A stretch of DNA of 64,000 nt from Candidatus Doudnabacteria bacterium (GCA_028286905.1 JAQBQP010000002.1:245458-309457), one strand, 5' to 3'; positions 54,235 through 64,000 are shown, numbered from the stretch's first letter. Numbers and translations: made by a program. Notes: generated by a model from the sequence alone, not told the origin.

Positions 54235-55124
54235 TGCTAAATATCATCAAACATTATAAATTTTGGTTCGGCGTTTCAACCGCATTGTTGATTGCAAGTA
54301 TTATTTCTTTAGCGATTTTCGGTTTAAGATTCGGTATTGATTTTAAAGGCGGCACTGTAACTCAGCTTTCATTTGCAAAAGCGCCAAATTTGGATCAGAT
54401 CAAAGCAGTTGTTGCCAAAGATACAGATGGCGCACAAATTCAGTCCGCTGGCACTAGCGATGTAATTATAAAAACTAAACCTTTAGAAAAACCTGAACAT
54501 GATAAGCTTGAAGCAGACATCAAAGCGCAAGTAGGGGATTTCACCGAGAAATCTTATACTTCGATTGGGCCGATCATCGGACAAGAACTTCGGTCTAAAG
54601 CAATTTATCAATTACTGCTTGTCGCTTTAGGTATTGTTTTATACATCGGCTATGCATTCCGTAAGGTGACTAAGCCTATTACCGCATGGAAATTTGGTTG
54701 GGCCGCAGTGATTGCGCTTGTTCATGATTTGTTCATAGTTGTTGGTTTGTTTTCGATCCTTGGACATTTCTTTAAAGTTGAAATTGATTCTTTGTTTGTA
54801 ACTGCTTTGCTGACAGTGTTAGGTTTCTCTGTTCACGATACGATCGTGGTATTCGACAGAATTAGAGAGAACTTACGTACCGAAGCCGGACAACCGATCG
54901 ATTACATTGTTAACCACAGTATCAACCAGACAATCGTTCGCTCATTAAACACTTCTTTAACAGTTTTGTTTGTCTTGCTTTCCTTGTTGTTGTTCGGCGG
55001 TGTAACAATTAGATATTTTGTATTAGCATTGTTCATTGGTATTATTGCCGGAACCTACTCATCTATTTTTATCGCTTCGCCAATCCTTGTGATTTGGGAA
55101 CGCTGGCAGTCTAAACGCGCATAA
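54234..55124 (+). CDS. secF: Protein translocase subunit SecF
   Basis: GIDFKGG, IGP.IG.EL, GFSVHDTIVVFDRIRE, GTYSSIFIA. Confidence 0.96.
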   Translation: MLNIIKHYKFWFGVSTALLIASIISLAIFGLRFGIDFKGGTVTQLSFAKAPNLDQIKAVVAKDTDGAQIQSAGTSDVIIKTKPLEKPEHDKLEADIKAQVGDFTEKSYTSIGPIIGQELRSKAIYQLLLVALGIVLYIGYAFRKVTKPITAWKFGWAAVIALVHDLFIVVGLFSILGHFFKVEIDSLFVTALLTVLGFSVHDTIVVFDRIRENLRTEAGQPIDYIVNHSINQTIVRSLNTSLTVLFVLLSLLLFGGVTIRYFVLALFIGIIAGTYSSIFIASPILVIWERWQSKRA

Positions 55125-55165
55125 ATAGCAGATCTTAAATGCATTGCTAAAAAATAATCGTTGAT

Positions 55166-55194
55166 AAAACCTTCATTAAAATCGAAGGTTTTTT
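55166..55194 (+). terminator. Intrinsic terminator after secF
   Basis: AAAACCTTC-ATTAAAATC-GAAGGTTTTTT. Confidence 0.7.
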
Positions 55195-55195
55195 C

Positions 55196-55224
55196 TTGCA
55201 GTATTGAGCAAACAAGATTACAAT
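55196..55224 (+). promoter_or_regulatory. Probable lemA promoter
   Basis: TTGCAG, 17 nt spacer, TACAAT. Confidence 0.5.
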
Positions 55225-55248
55225 ATAAACAAATATTAAATAAAACAT

Positions 55249-55794
55249 ATGTTCATTTGGCTAATAGTTATTGTTGTTGTAGTTTTGCTGGTAGTGGGCA
55301 TGTTTAACGGTTTGGTTCGCGCACGCAACCTTGTTAAAAACAGCTTTGCAGATATCGATGTTCAATTAAAGCGCAGATATGATCTTGTGCCAAACCTGGT
55401 TGAAACTGTTAAAGGCTATATGAAGCAGGAAAGTGGCGTGCTAGAAGCAGTTACTAATGCTCGCGCACAAGCGCAGTCTGCAGGCGGCAATCTTGCTAAC
55501 AGAGCAACAGCGGAGAACAACCTTGGTCATGCGATTACAGGAATTTTTGCAGTTGCTGAAAATTACCCGCAGTTACGCTCTTCTGAAAACTTTCAACAAT
55601 TACAGAGCCAGCTTTCAAGCTTAGAAAATGATATTCAAAGCGCTCGTCGTTATTACAATGCGGCGGTTCGTGAGTACAATAATAAAATTCAAGTTTTCCC
55701 AAATAATATATTTGCAGGAATGCTTGGCTTTGGCGCCGAGCAGCCATTTGGAGCAGATGAAACCGAACGCCAAAACGTTCAAGTAAAATTTTAA
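55249..55794 (+). CDS. lemA: LemA family protein
   Basis: IDVQLKRRYDLVPNLVETVKGY, AENYPQL, RRYYN, FPNN. Confidence 0.95.
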   Translation: MFIWLIVIVVVVLLVVGMFNGLVRARNLVKNSFADIDVQLKRRYDLVPNLVETVKGYMKQESGVLEAVTNARAQAQSAGGNLANRATAENNLGHAITGIFAVAENYPQLRSSENFQQLQSQLSSLENDIQSARRYYNAAVREYNNKIQVFPNNIFAGMLGFGAEQPFGADETERQNVQVKF

Positions 55795-55799
55795 ATAAA

Positions 55800-57557
55800 A
55801 TGCAAATAATTTCTTTAAAACAGAAATTGCAAACCATAGGCTTTTTAATGCTTATGGTTTTTGCGTTTGTACCTGTTAAGACTGAAGCGGCATATTCAGA
55901 AGATATTAAAAGCTTTGCTAGTACACTAAAGATTAATAATGACGGAACAGTAAATGTCTTAGAAAAGATTGTTTATGAATTCGGGACTAATCAGCGCCAT
56001 GGAATATTTAGAGACATTACTTTATCATCCAAAGATGCGCCAACTATTAGCATCAGCAATGTTGCGGTGACAGACTCCAATGGGATGGCCTACCCTTTTA
56101 CGCAGAGTGAAGATTCTGCGCTTCACTTGAAAATAGGCGATCCAAATAACACAATCAGCGGAGAAAAAGAATATGACATTTCTTACACTGTTAGTAACGT
56201 AATTCGCGGCTTCTCCAATTATGATGAATTTTATTGGAATGCCACTGGCAATGCCTGGACTGTGCCTATTTCGTATTCCAGCGCGGAAGTGCAACTGCCA
56301 AGCAATTGGCTGCTGGATCCTGCTGTGCTTCCGAAGATTCAAAATTCTTGTTACCCTGGTACGTTAAACATGCAAAAAGCCGCTTGCACAATCACTTCGA
56401 GCGATGATGGCGGCACTTATGTGTTTTCTTCCGGGCCAACCGATCCGGGGCAAGGGCTAACTATAGATACCAGTTTTCCTAAAAGGCTTGTTACAAATTT
56501 GGCGACTGGTACACCTGTTGATCCAAGTAAAAAAACCACAACCCAAAAGATTTTAGGGATTCTGATCCCGATAGGAACTGGGCTTTTTGTAATTATTTTT
56601 GCGATCTTTTTTGTTTTGTCTAACCGTAAAGTAATAATTCCTAAAGAATTAAAAGGACAACCAATAGCTCCTTGGTATGATGCTCCGGAAGAAGTAAACG
56701 CTGCTGACATCGCGTATCTTTTGAACAGATCCTTCGATAAAAAAGAATTTGGTCTAATCTTTATTGATCTAGCTGTTAAAGGCTATCTAAAAATAAAATA
56801 TATTCCTAAACAAAGCGTCTTTAGTAGTGAAGATTATGCTTTTTTAAAGCTTAAAGAAGACGATGGTTTAGAGCCGGCCTATAAAAGACTGTTTGACTAT
56901 CTTTTTACAGGTGTAGATACAGTTTTATTATCCGATATTAAAAGTGATAACAGAGCCGTCGCTTCTGTTTATTCAAAGATTGGAGATGACCTTAGGTCTA
57001 AATTGATTAATAAAGACTATTTAAAGGCTAGCGCTCTGAATTTAAAGAATACTTCTAAATTTGGAGGCGGTGGAGTTCTCGTTTTTGCTTTGGCCTTCGC
57101 TTTTCGGCCACTTTTAATAATTTCCGTGCCACTTATTTGTTTAATTTTCATAATCGCTTACTATCGCAATTTAAACAATGTAACTCCTAGCGGTATTGAA
57201 TTGTTTAAAAAGATTTTAGGGTTCAAAGATTTCTTAACACTAACCGAATCAGATCGATTGCGGTTGTTAAATGCTCCGTCTCTTAAACCAGAGATGTTCG
57301 AAAAGTTTTTGCCTTACGCGATGGCTTTTGGCATTGAGAAGGAATGGGCGAAAAAATTCGAAAGCTTAGCAATCACTCCAAGTTGGTATGAAGATAGCCG
57401 TTATGGTTATGGCGCGCCAATTAATACTTTAATTTTGGCAAACTTTATTGGCAATCTAAATTCTGGAGTAGCTAGCGCCTCCACCTACAGTAGTGGTAGA
57501 AATGGTGCAGGGTATTCAGGAGGAGGTTCTGGCGGTGGAGGAGGCGGTTCTTGGTAA
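55800..57557 (+). CDS. DUF2207 membrane protein
   Basis: DGTVNVLEKI.Y, RHGIFRDI, EFYWNATG..W, LPYAMAFG, GGGSGGGGGGSW C-terminus. Confidence 0.9.
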   Translation: MQIISLKQKLQTIGFLMLMVFAFVPVKTEAAYSEDIKSFASTLKINNDGTVNVLEKIVYEFGTNQRHGIFRDITLSSKDAPTISISNVAVTDSNGMAYPFTQSEDSALHLKIGDPNNTISGEKEYDISYTVSNVIRGFSNYDEFYWNATGNAWTVPISYSSAEVQLPSNWLLDPAVLPKIQNSCYPGTLNMQKAACTITSSDDGGTYVFSSGPTDPGQGLTIDTSFPKRLVTNLATGTPVDPSKKTTTQKILGILIPIGTGLFVIIFAIFFVLSNRKVIIPKELKGQPIAPWYDAPEEVNAADIAYLLNRSFDKKEFGLIFIDLAVKGYLKIKYIPKQSVFSSEDYAFLKLKEDDGLEPAYKRLFDYLFTGVDTVLLSDIKSDNRAVASVYSKIGDDLRSKLINKDYLKASALNLKNTSKFGGGGVLVFALAFAFRPLLIISVPLICLIFIIAYYRNLNNVTPSGIELFKKILGFKDFLTLTESDRLRLLNAPSLKPEMFEKFLPYAMAFGIEKEWAKKFESLAITPSWYEDSRYGYGAPINTLILANFIGNLNSGVASASTYSSGRNGAGYSGGGSGGGGGGSW

Positions 57558-57608
57558 ATCCCTTAATCTTAGCCTTTTTCAATCATTTTTGGTCATTATG
57601 ACTCACGC

Positions 57609-57637
57609 TTGACGGTTTGTAAAGTTTATGATATAGT
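57609..57637 (+). promoter_or_regulatory. Sigma70 promoter giving a near-leaderless transcript
   Basis: TTGACG, 17 nt spacer, TATAGT with TG; 8 nt before ATG 57646. Confidence 0.65.
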
Positions 57638-57645
57638 ACGGGCAT

Positions 57646-58782
57646 ATGGAAAACTCGTCGGAAAACAGCGAAGAACAAAAAAAAGCCTTATCAGGTATTT
57701 TGGATAAGATTATCGATAGCAAACAGAGCGTTTCATTACAAAATTTTGAACCAGCTTTAGTAGCTAGTCGCATTTTAAACCTGTTAAAAGAACGTGATCG
57801 CCAAATTTTAGCGAAGCGTTTTGGGCTTCTTGCCTTTTCTCCACGAACTTTAGAAGCGATTGGCAAAGAACATAACCTTACTCGTGAGCGTGTTCGCCAG
57901 ATCGAAAAAGATTCGATCAAATTTTTACGTTCTAAGCTCGATGAACAACAGCTCTCCGAAGCTGTTAAGATGCTAGCGCATATCATCAGTGATTGCGGTA
58001 AAATAATCAAAGAAATTGAGCTTATCAAAATGCTTTCGATGGAAGCCACTGAAGAAGAGAAGCGCTCGATCCTTTTCTTGCTACATATTGCAGAAGAACT
58101 ATTGGAAGTGAAAGAAAGCGAAATGCTGCACAATGCTTGGGCGTCAGTTACTTATAACCATGAATTTTTCCTTAGTATCATTGATTCTGCAAAGGCAATA
58201 TTGAAGGCTGAAGGCAAGCCTTTGGACGAGCTTGAGCTTATTGATAAACTTCGCCAGACAGAAATTTACAAGAATAATCAATTAGAACTAAACGAAAAGG
58301 TTCTAAAAAATTATATTGAAATTAGTAAAGAAATTTCCAAAAATCCATTTGGCCAATATGGTTTAAATGAATGGAGAGAAATTAAACCTAAAGATGTCGG
58401 CGACAAGGCATATATTGTCTTAAAGCACGAAGGTAAGCCTGAACACTATTCCGCAATCACTGCTTTAATTAATAAGCATGGTTTTGATAAGAGAGTTGCA
58501 AACAAAGAAAGCGTGCATAACGAACTTATCAAAGACCCGCGCTTTGTTTTGGTTGGACGTGGAATTTATGCTTTAACCGAATGGGGTTTTGAAAAAGGTG
58601 TCGTTGCCGATGTTATTATTGAAATTCTTAGAAAAACAAACGGCCCAATGAGCAGAGAAGAAATTATCAATGAAGTTATGAAAAAGCGCATGGTTAAGAG
58701 AAACACAGTTTTGGTTGCGCTTTCAAACAAGCAGATTTTTGCCAAGATCCATAAAAATAAGTACGATCTGGTAATGAGATAG
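57646..58782 (+). CDS. Sigma70 region-4 HTH fused to winged-helix (HARE-HTH/RNAP delta-like) domains
   Basis: RFGL...TLEAIG....LTRERVRQIE; VHNELIKDPRFVLVGRGIYALTEW. Confidence 0.8.
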   Translation: MENSSENSEEQKKALSGILDKIIDSKQSVSLQNFEPALVASRILNLLKERDRQILAKRFGLLAFSPRTLEAIGKEHNLTRERVRQIEKDSIKFLRSKLDEQQLSEAVKMLAHIISDCGKIIKEIELIKMLSMEATEEEKRSILFLLHIAEELLEVKESEMLHNAWASVTYNHEFFLSIIDSAKAILKAEGKPLDELELIDKLRQTEIYKNNQLELNEKVLKNYIEISKEISKNPFGQYGLNEWREIKPKDVGDKAYIVLKHEGKPEHYSAITALINKHGFDKRVANKESVHNELIKDPRFVLVGRGIYALTEWGFEKGVVADVIIEILRKTNGPMSREEIINEVMKKRMVKRNTVLVALSNKQIFAKIHKNKYDLVMR

Positions 58783-58818
58783 TTTGTTTTGGGTGGTATT
58801 TAAAATCTTGAAATAAAA

Positions 58819-60147
58819 ATGGAAATTTTTGCAACAATAGCTCAAGCACTGACAGAGATGACCTCGTCCGCCTGGTTCTTTTTTTCGCATGGCGCCTGGG
58901 TTATTTTTGCGATTTTAGTTTATGTAATGCTTCGAAAGCTTTACATGGACCGGATCAATGGCGCTTTTATCATGTCCAATACGCCAGTCTTTTTGCATAT
59001 CAAGATTGAAAAAGAAAACTTACAAAGCAACTTGGCAGTTGAACAAATTTTTGCCAACCTCCATGCGATGCACGGAAATTTTACCTGGGCAGAAATTCAT
59101 TTGGAAGGGAAAATTCAGCTTTGGATTTCTTTTGAGATTGTCAGTTTGGGTGGAAAAATTTCTTATATTGTACGAACTCCTGAAAAGCTGATCAATTTGG
59201 TTCAAAGCGTTTTTTACGCCCAATATCCAAATGCCGAAATCTCTCAAGTTGAGGATTATATGAAGAATTTGGAACATTGGGATCAGCATCATGCCACTTG
59301 GGATTTATGGGGCACTGAATTTAAAATGACCAGAGACTACGCCTATCCAATTAAAACTTGGAGGGAATTTGAACATCCTAGCGCCGAAGTGCCAATTTTG
59401 GACCCCTTAACCTCAATGTTGGAAGCGCTAAGCAGAGCAGAAGCACATGAACTTTTGGCAATGCAAATAATTATTCGCCCAGTTGCGGATAATGAATGGG
59501 TGCCACATGTTCAGGAAGTGGTGAAAAAATTAAAAGAAGAACCGGTGCCGCACAAAGCAACCTGGGTAGATCGGATCTTTCCTTTTGTAAACTGGGGTAG
59601 CGAAAAAACATTGTTTGAGGTAATTGCTGGAGGCGAGGGTGGACACGGCGGTCACGACGATAAAAAACCCGATCAGCCGAAAGTTTTGCGAATGTCTGAA
59701 GGTGAAAGAAATATTTTAAAGGCGATCGAAACAAAGATTACTAAGCCAGGTTATCAGGTTAAAATTAAGTATTTATATATTGCGCCAAAAGACAAATTTG
59801 ACGGCTCAAAGAAAAGTGCGATGATCGGCGCAATGCGCGGTTTCGGCGGAATTGTCACAAACAATTTGAAACCGGACGTTTCAGGAACTTGGACCAACTA
59901 TAACTATAAACTTTTTAAAGCTTTAGAAAAACCTTTTGTGGATTTTGTGAATGTTGAAAGAAAACATTTATTCCTAAAGGGTTACGTTCGCAGAAGCATG
60001 TGGATTGGGGCAAACCCGATGGTTATGAATACCGAAGAACTGGCAACGCTTTATCACTTTCCTTTGGCTACAATTGGCACTGCGCCAGTCGAGAGAATTG
60101 ATGTTAAAAAAGGTCAGCCGCCTGCAAACTTACCAATAATGAGTTAG
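58819..60147 (+). CDS. Membrane-anchored hypothetical protein (probable partner of the downstream ATPase)
   Basis: N-terminal TM; SFEIVS, YAQYPNAEI..VEDY, YPIKT, EELATLYHFP, PPANLP. Confidence 0.7.
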   Translation: MEIFATIAQALTEMTSSAWFFFSHGAWVIFAILVYVMLRKLYMDRINGAFIMSNTPVFLHIKIEKENLQSNLAVEQIFANLHAMHGNFTWAEIHLEGKIQLWISFEIVSLGGKISYIVRTPEKLINLVQSVFYAQYPNAEISQVEDYMKNLEHWDQHHATWDLWGTEFKMTRDYAYPIKTWREFEHPSAEVPILDPLTSMLEALSRAEAHELLAMQIIIRPVADNEWVPHVQEVVKKLKEEPVPHKATWVDRIFPFVNWGSEKTLFEVIAGGEGGHGGHDDKKPDQPKVLRMSEGERNILKAIETKITKPGYQVKIKYLYIAPKDKFDGSKKSAMIGAMRGFGGIVTNNLKPDVSGTWTNYNYKLFKALEKPFVDFVNVERKHLFLKGYVRRSMWIGANPMVMNTEELATLYHFPLATIGTAPVERIDVKKGQPPANLPIMS

Positions 60148-60156
60148 AATATAAAC

Positions 60157-62109
60157 ATGAGTGAAGCATCTGAAAATCAAGTAACTCTATTTGCTAGAAC
60201 AAACTTCCGTAATCGGCAGGTGCCTTTTGGTATAAAACGTGAAGATCGCCGCAAGCACATGTATATCGTTGGTAAAACTGGTATGGGCAAAACCAACATG
60301 ATCGAAAATATGATCATCCAAGATATTGTTAATGGCGAAGGCGTTTGCTTCGTAGATCCAAACGGAGATGCAATTGAAAAGATTTTAGATTATATTCCTG
60401 CAAAGCGTATTAATGATGTTGTTTATGTAAACCCTGCGGACATGGATTTTCCAATTGCTTTTAATATTTTGGAGTCGGTTGACCCAAAGTATAAGCATTT
60501 GGTCGCTTCAGGTTTAATGTCGGTGTTTACTAAAATTTGGGCAAACCTTTGGTCTGCCCGTATGGAATATATTTTAAACAATTCGATTTTAGCTTTGCTT
60601 GATTCGCCAGGGAACACTTTGTTAGGAATCTCAAGACTACTTGTTGATAAAAAATATCGCAAGAAGATTGTAGACAACATCAAAGATCCGATGGTTAAAT
60701 CCTTTTGGGTTGATGAATTTGCAAACTGGAATGAAAAATATCGAATGGAAGCAATTGCTCCGATCCAAAATAAAGTTGGACAATTTTTATCTTCCGGTAT
60801 TATTAGGAACATTGTTGGCCAACCAAAGAGCACTTTGGATTTGCGTGAATTGATGGATAATAAGAAAATTCTTTTAGTTAACCTTTCCAAAGGACGCGTT
60901 GGAGAAGATAATTCAGCGTTGCTTGGAGCGATGATTATTACTAAACTACAGCTCGCAGCTTTCTCTCGAGCGGACATTCCAGAAGATGATCGCGCGGATT
61001 TTTATTTATATGTCGACGAGTTTCAGAACTTTGCTACCGAGTCTTTTGCGACAATTCTATCTGAAGCGAGAAAATATCATTTAAATTTGATCATTGCCCA
61101 CCAGTATATTGGTCAATTGGTTCAAGAAAAAAATACTAAAGTTCGAGATGCAGTTTTTGGTAACGTCGGCACAATGATTACTTTTAGAATTGGCGCGGCT
61201 GACGCTGAGTTTTTAGAGAACGAATTCATGCCGCTGTTTACCGAAAACGATTTGGTAAATATTCCAAAATATACAATTTTATTGAAATTAATGATTAACG
61301 GCGTTGCTTCCGATCCTTTTACTGCAGAAACTTTGCCGCCAAGTACATACGTTCGAACTGACTCAACGGAAAAAGTTATTCGAGTTTCCAGAGAGCGCTA
61401 TGCAAATCCAGTTGCAGAAGTAGAGGAAAAAATTATGCGTTGGATGGGTCAAGATTATCATGAGCAGGCAGCAGTGATCGCAAGTCATGCGAACTTTGAA
61501 CATTCTAACGAAGAAGAGTTGGAGTTGCCGGAAGAAGCGCCTGCAGAAAACAAAGAGCAATCAGTAGTTCCTGCTTTTGTTGAAAATACTATAATCGAGA
61601 ATCCTGTAATAATAGAAGAATCGGTGCCCGCTAGATCAGTTCCGCAAGCTTTAGTGCAGCAGCCAGCGGTAAAGACCGAAACGATGCGAATGCAGGCAGA
61701 GGCGCCAATGCCAGAGCGCAGGCATGAGCAAAGAAGAAAAGACCGTCCATCCCAAGCCCCAAAGCCGCAGCAAAATAAACCGCAGAACAAGCCTCAAAAT
61801 TCCAAGAAGGAAAACCCAATTTGGAATCAAGTTGCAGATTTGCACCAGGGTTCAAAGAAAACCGAAGATCAATTTTTGAAATCTTTTGAAAGCTTAAAAT
61901 TTGATGAACCTATTTTAACAAAAGCTTCAGAGCCTGCCTCGGCTAAGCCAGAGCCTATTCAAACACCAATTGTTCAACCGCAGCAATTAGAATCCTTTGA
62001 TGAAATTCCTGATAATTTAGTTCCAATGCCGGTTCAGCAAAGTACGAATGATTCTAATCAACGTTCTGTTTTGCAGCCCGGACAATCAGTAAAAATAGAT
62101 GACAACTAA
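60157..62109 (+). CDS. VirD4/TraG/HerA-like P-loop ATPase with a disordered C-terminal tail
   Basis: HMYIVGKTGMGKT (Walker A), LYVDEFQNF (Walker B), SEARKY, AHQY. Confidence 0.88.
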   Translation: MSEASENQVTLFARTNFRNRQVPFGIKREDRRKHMYIVGKTGMGKTNMIENMIIQDIVNGEGVCFVDPNGDAIEKILDYIPAKRINDVVYVNPADMDFPIAFNILESVDPKYKHLVASGLMSVFTKIWANLWSARMEYILNNSILALLDSPGNTLLGISRLLVDKKYRKKIVDNIKDPMVKSFWVDEFANWNEKYRMEAIAPIQNKVGQFLSSGIIRNIVGQPKSTLDLRELMDNKKILLVNLSKGRVGEDNSALLGAMIITKLQLAAFSRADIPEDDRADFYLYVDEFQNFATESFATILSEARKYHLNLIIAHQYIGQLVQEKNTKVRDAVFGNVGTMITFRIGAADAEFLENEFMPLFTENDLVNIPKYTILLKLMINGVASDPFTAETLPPSTYVRTDSTEKVIRVSRERYANPVAEVEEKIMRWMGQDYHEQAAVIASHANFEHSNEEELELPEEAPAENKEQSVVPAFVENTIIENPVIIEESVPARSVPQALVQQPAVKTETMRMQAEAPMPERRHEQRRKDRPSQAPKPQQNKPQNKPQNSKKENPIWNQVADLHQGSKKTEDQFLKSFESLKFDEPILTKASEPASAKPEPIQTPIVQPQQLESFDEIPDNLVPMPVQQSTNDSNQRSVLQPGQSVKIDDN

Positions 62110-63172
62110 GAAAAATTCTAAAACAAATAAAAAAGTAATGATAGCGCTTTCCGGCGGAATAGATTCCGCAGTAAGCGCTGTTTTACTAATGCAGCAAGGT
62201 TATCAGGTAGAAGCTGGTTTTATGAAGAACTGGAGTTCAACTACAGGGCTACTTCGAAATGAATGTCCTTGGATTGATGATCGCAGAGAAGCTTTAAGGG
62301 TTGCGGCGCACTTGGGCATTCCAATGCATACTTTTGATTTCGAAAAGCAATACGCTGACAAAGTGATGCAATATTTTTTTAAAGAATATTCCGAAGGGCG
62401 TACGCCGAACCCGGATGTGATGTGTAATAAAGAAATTAAATTTAAGTTGCTGTATGACAAAGCAATTAGCATGGGCTTTGATTATTTAGCCACTGGTCAT
62501 TATGCTCAAATTAAAAATGGTAAACTGATTCGTTCTAAGGATGAATTTAAAGACCAAACTTACTTTATTTATAATATAAAAACTGAGCAGCTCGAACATA
62601 TTTTGTTTCCAATTGGTGGCTACAAAAAATCTGAAATAAGAAAACTTGCTCAAAAACTTGCCCTTCCAAACTCAGACCGTAAAGAGAGTATGGGTTTGTG
62701 TTTCGTTGGCAAGATCCGCTTAGATAAGTTTTTGAATCAAAAGATCAAACCTAAAATTGGAAAGGTTTTGGATACTTCTGGTAAAGCTGTTGGTGAACAC
62801 AAGGGGATTGCGTTTTACACAGTTGGTCAGCGCCAGGGTTTGGGTATTGGTGGATCCGGACCTTATTACATTGTAAAAAAGGATTTGAAAACCAATACTT
62901 TGGTGGTCTCGCACGATCCTAATGATGTTCAACTACAGACCAAGCAACTGCAGATTAGCGGCGTAAATTGGATTAACAAGCCACAAAAATTTCCGTTTAA
63001 AGCTATCGCTCGTTTTAGGCATCAGCAAGATTTGCAGGATGTGCTGATCGAAATGAACGGCTCAGACCTCTACACTGTTAAGTTTTCCAAGACTCAAACC
63101 GCGGTGGCCTCTGGGCAAAGCCTGGTGATTTACTCTGGAAAAGAGTGTTTGGGCGGGGGAGTAATCGCTTAA
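62099..63172 (+). CDS. mnmA: tRNA 2-thiouridylase MnmA
   Basis: ALSGGIDS, GRTPNPDVMCN, ATGHY, KDQTYF, ESMGLCF, TVGQR. Confidence 0.96.
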   Translation: MTTKKNSKTNKKVMIALSGGIDSAVSAVLLMQQGYQVEAGFMKNWSSTTGLLRNECPWIDDRREALRVAAHLGIPMHTFDFEKQYADKVMQYFFKEYSEGRTPNPDVMCNKEIKFKLLYDKAISMGFDYLATGHYAQIKNGKLIRSKDEFKDQTYFIYNIKTEQLEHILFPIGGYKKSEIRKLAQKLALPNSDRKESMGLCFVGKIRLDKFLNQKIKPKIGKVLDTSGKAVGEHKGIAFYTVGQRQGLGIGGSGPYYIVKKDLKTNTLVVSHDPNDVQLQTKQLQISGVNWINKPQKFPFKAIARFRHQQDLQDVLIEMNGSDLYTVKFSKTQTAVASGQSLVIYSGKECLGGGVIA

Positions 63173-63211
63173 ATTCAGATATGGTATAATATAGATAATT
63201 AAAAAGAACTT

Positions 63212-63730
63212 ATGAATATCAAAGACTTGCCTTTTGGCGAAATGGAAGCTTTCAACGTTGTGGTAGAAATCCCTCAAGGAAGCCAGGATAAATATGAATA
63301 CGATGAGAAGCTTGATGTAATTAAACTAGACCGCGTTTTATACGGTTCTCAGCGCTTTCCAGCAAACTATGGCTTCATTCCAGAAACTCGCGCTTTAGAC
63401 GGTGATCACGCTGATGCGGTTTTGTTTTCAACCAATGCGATCATTCCAGGTGCAATTGTCACTGCAAGAGCGATTGGCTTTATGGACATGATTGATGGCG
63501 GCGATATTGATAACAAAATTCTTTGCGTGCCTACGGGCGATCCGCGCTTTAACGATGTTCAATCTATCGATGATTTGCCTCAGCATAAGCTTGCGGAAAT
63601 AAAGAATTTTTTTGAAACCTATAAAGCTTTACAGAAGAAAAATGTTGAAGTAAAAGGCTTTAGTGATAAAGCTCGTGCGCTTCAGGAATTAGAATCAACT
63701 AAAAAAGCATACGAAGCCGAACATGAATAA
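63212..63730 (+). CDS. ppa: Inorganic pyrophosphatase (family I)
   Basis: VEIPQGS..KYEYD, LDR, NYGFIP, DGDHAD, FFETYK. Confidence 0.95.
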   Translation: MNIKDLPFGEMEAFNVVVEIPQGSQDKYEYDEKLDVIKLDRVLYGSQRFPANYGFIPETRALDGDHADAVLFSTNAIIPGAIVTARAIGFMDMIDGGDIDNKILCVPTGDPRFNDVQSIDDLPQHKLAEIKNFFETYKALQKKNVEVKGFSDKARALQELESTKKAYEAEHE

Positions 63731-63899
63731 AAATATTCACGCCTACACAAGAGTTTCTGCTAGTATTTTACTGGCAGTCGGAATAGTTGGGTTCGCATTT
63801 AATGATCAGTTTGATATTCCGGTATATATTTTGCTGCTGAACCTGGCATTGGGAGTTTGGGGAATGTTTGCGATATTTAGCAAAGCGAATACCAAGTAA
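63723..63899 (+). CDS. Small two-TM membrane protein (58 aa; absent from the ORF track)
   Basis: Own translation: MNKNIHAYTRVSASILLAVGIVGFAFNDQFDIPVYILLLNLALGVWGMFAIFSKANTK; overlaps the ppa stop. Confidence 0.65.
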   Translation: MNKNIHAYTRVSASILLAVGIVGFAFNDQFDIPVYILLLNLALGVWGMFAIFSKANTK

Positions 63900-63910
63900 A
63901 CAAGACATCA

Positions 63911-63954
63911 ATAAAAAAACAGGCTGAGGGGCAGGACCCCGGCCTGTTTTTTAT
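63911..63954. terminator. Bidirectional terminator hairpin
   Basis: AAAAAAACAGGCTGAGGGGCAGGACCCCGGCCTGTTTTTT. Confidence 0.75.
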
Positions 63955-64000
63955 TTATGAATCAAGTTATAAAATGATTCAATATTGCTGTCTGCCCCAC

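Noticed and set aside
1-64000. Genetic code 25, CRISPR arrays, tRNA/rRNA genes, IS elements
   Set aside because: Conserved genes are full length under code 11 and several end in TGA. No regular repeats, cloverleafs or transposase motifs were seen by eye.

Overview
Gene-dense, AT-rich chromosomal segment, almost all on the + strand, using the standard code (TGA = stop). Gene content points to a Patescibacteria/CPR (Parcubacteria-like) genome; this is inferred from the short AlaRS, CPR-typical families and mostly SD-less or leaderless starts. It holds (i) a cell-surface region with lgt, rmlD/rmlA, a CAP protein, a sortase, two DUF11 proteins, an S8 protease, a repeat protein and a Wzx/O-antigen ligase/glycosyltransferase cluster; (ii) ctpA, alaS, pgi and a baseplate-J-like membrane protein; (iii) infA-rpmJ-rpsM-rpsK-rpsD-rpoA-rplQ-rplM-rpsI; (iv) RNase P RNA followed by a sugar transferase/GT4/murG/murC/murB operon; (v) hpf, secA, a DNPH1-ASCH-EVE-UDG cluster, secDF, lemA-DUF2207, a sigma4/HARE-HTH protein, a VirD4/HerA-like ATPase with a membrane partner, mnmA and ppa. 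No tRNA, rRNA, CRISPR array, transposase or integrase was seen. The best leads are: a sortase / GC-rich DUF11 gene / APKTG-tailed DUF11 adhesin locus with a multi-stem structured element in front of the GC-rich gene; three isolated GC-rich single-gene inserts; a putative modified-nucleotide sanitation cluster; and a probable AUU start for infA. All family calls come from reading motifs by eye, not from database searches.
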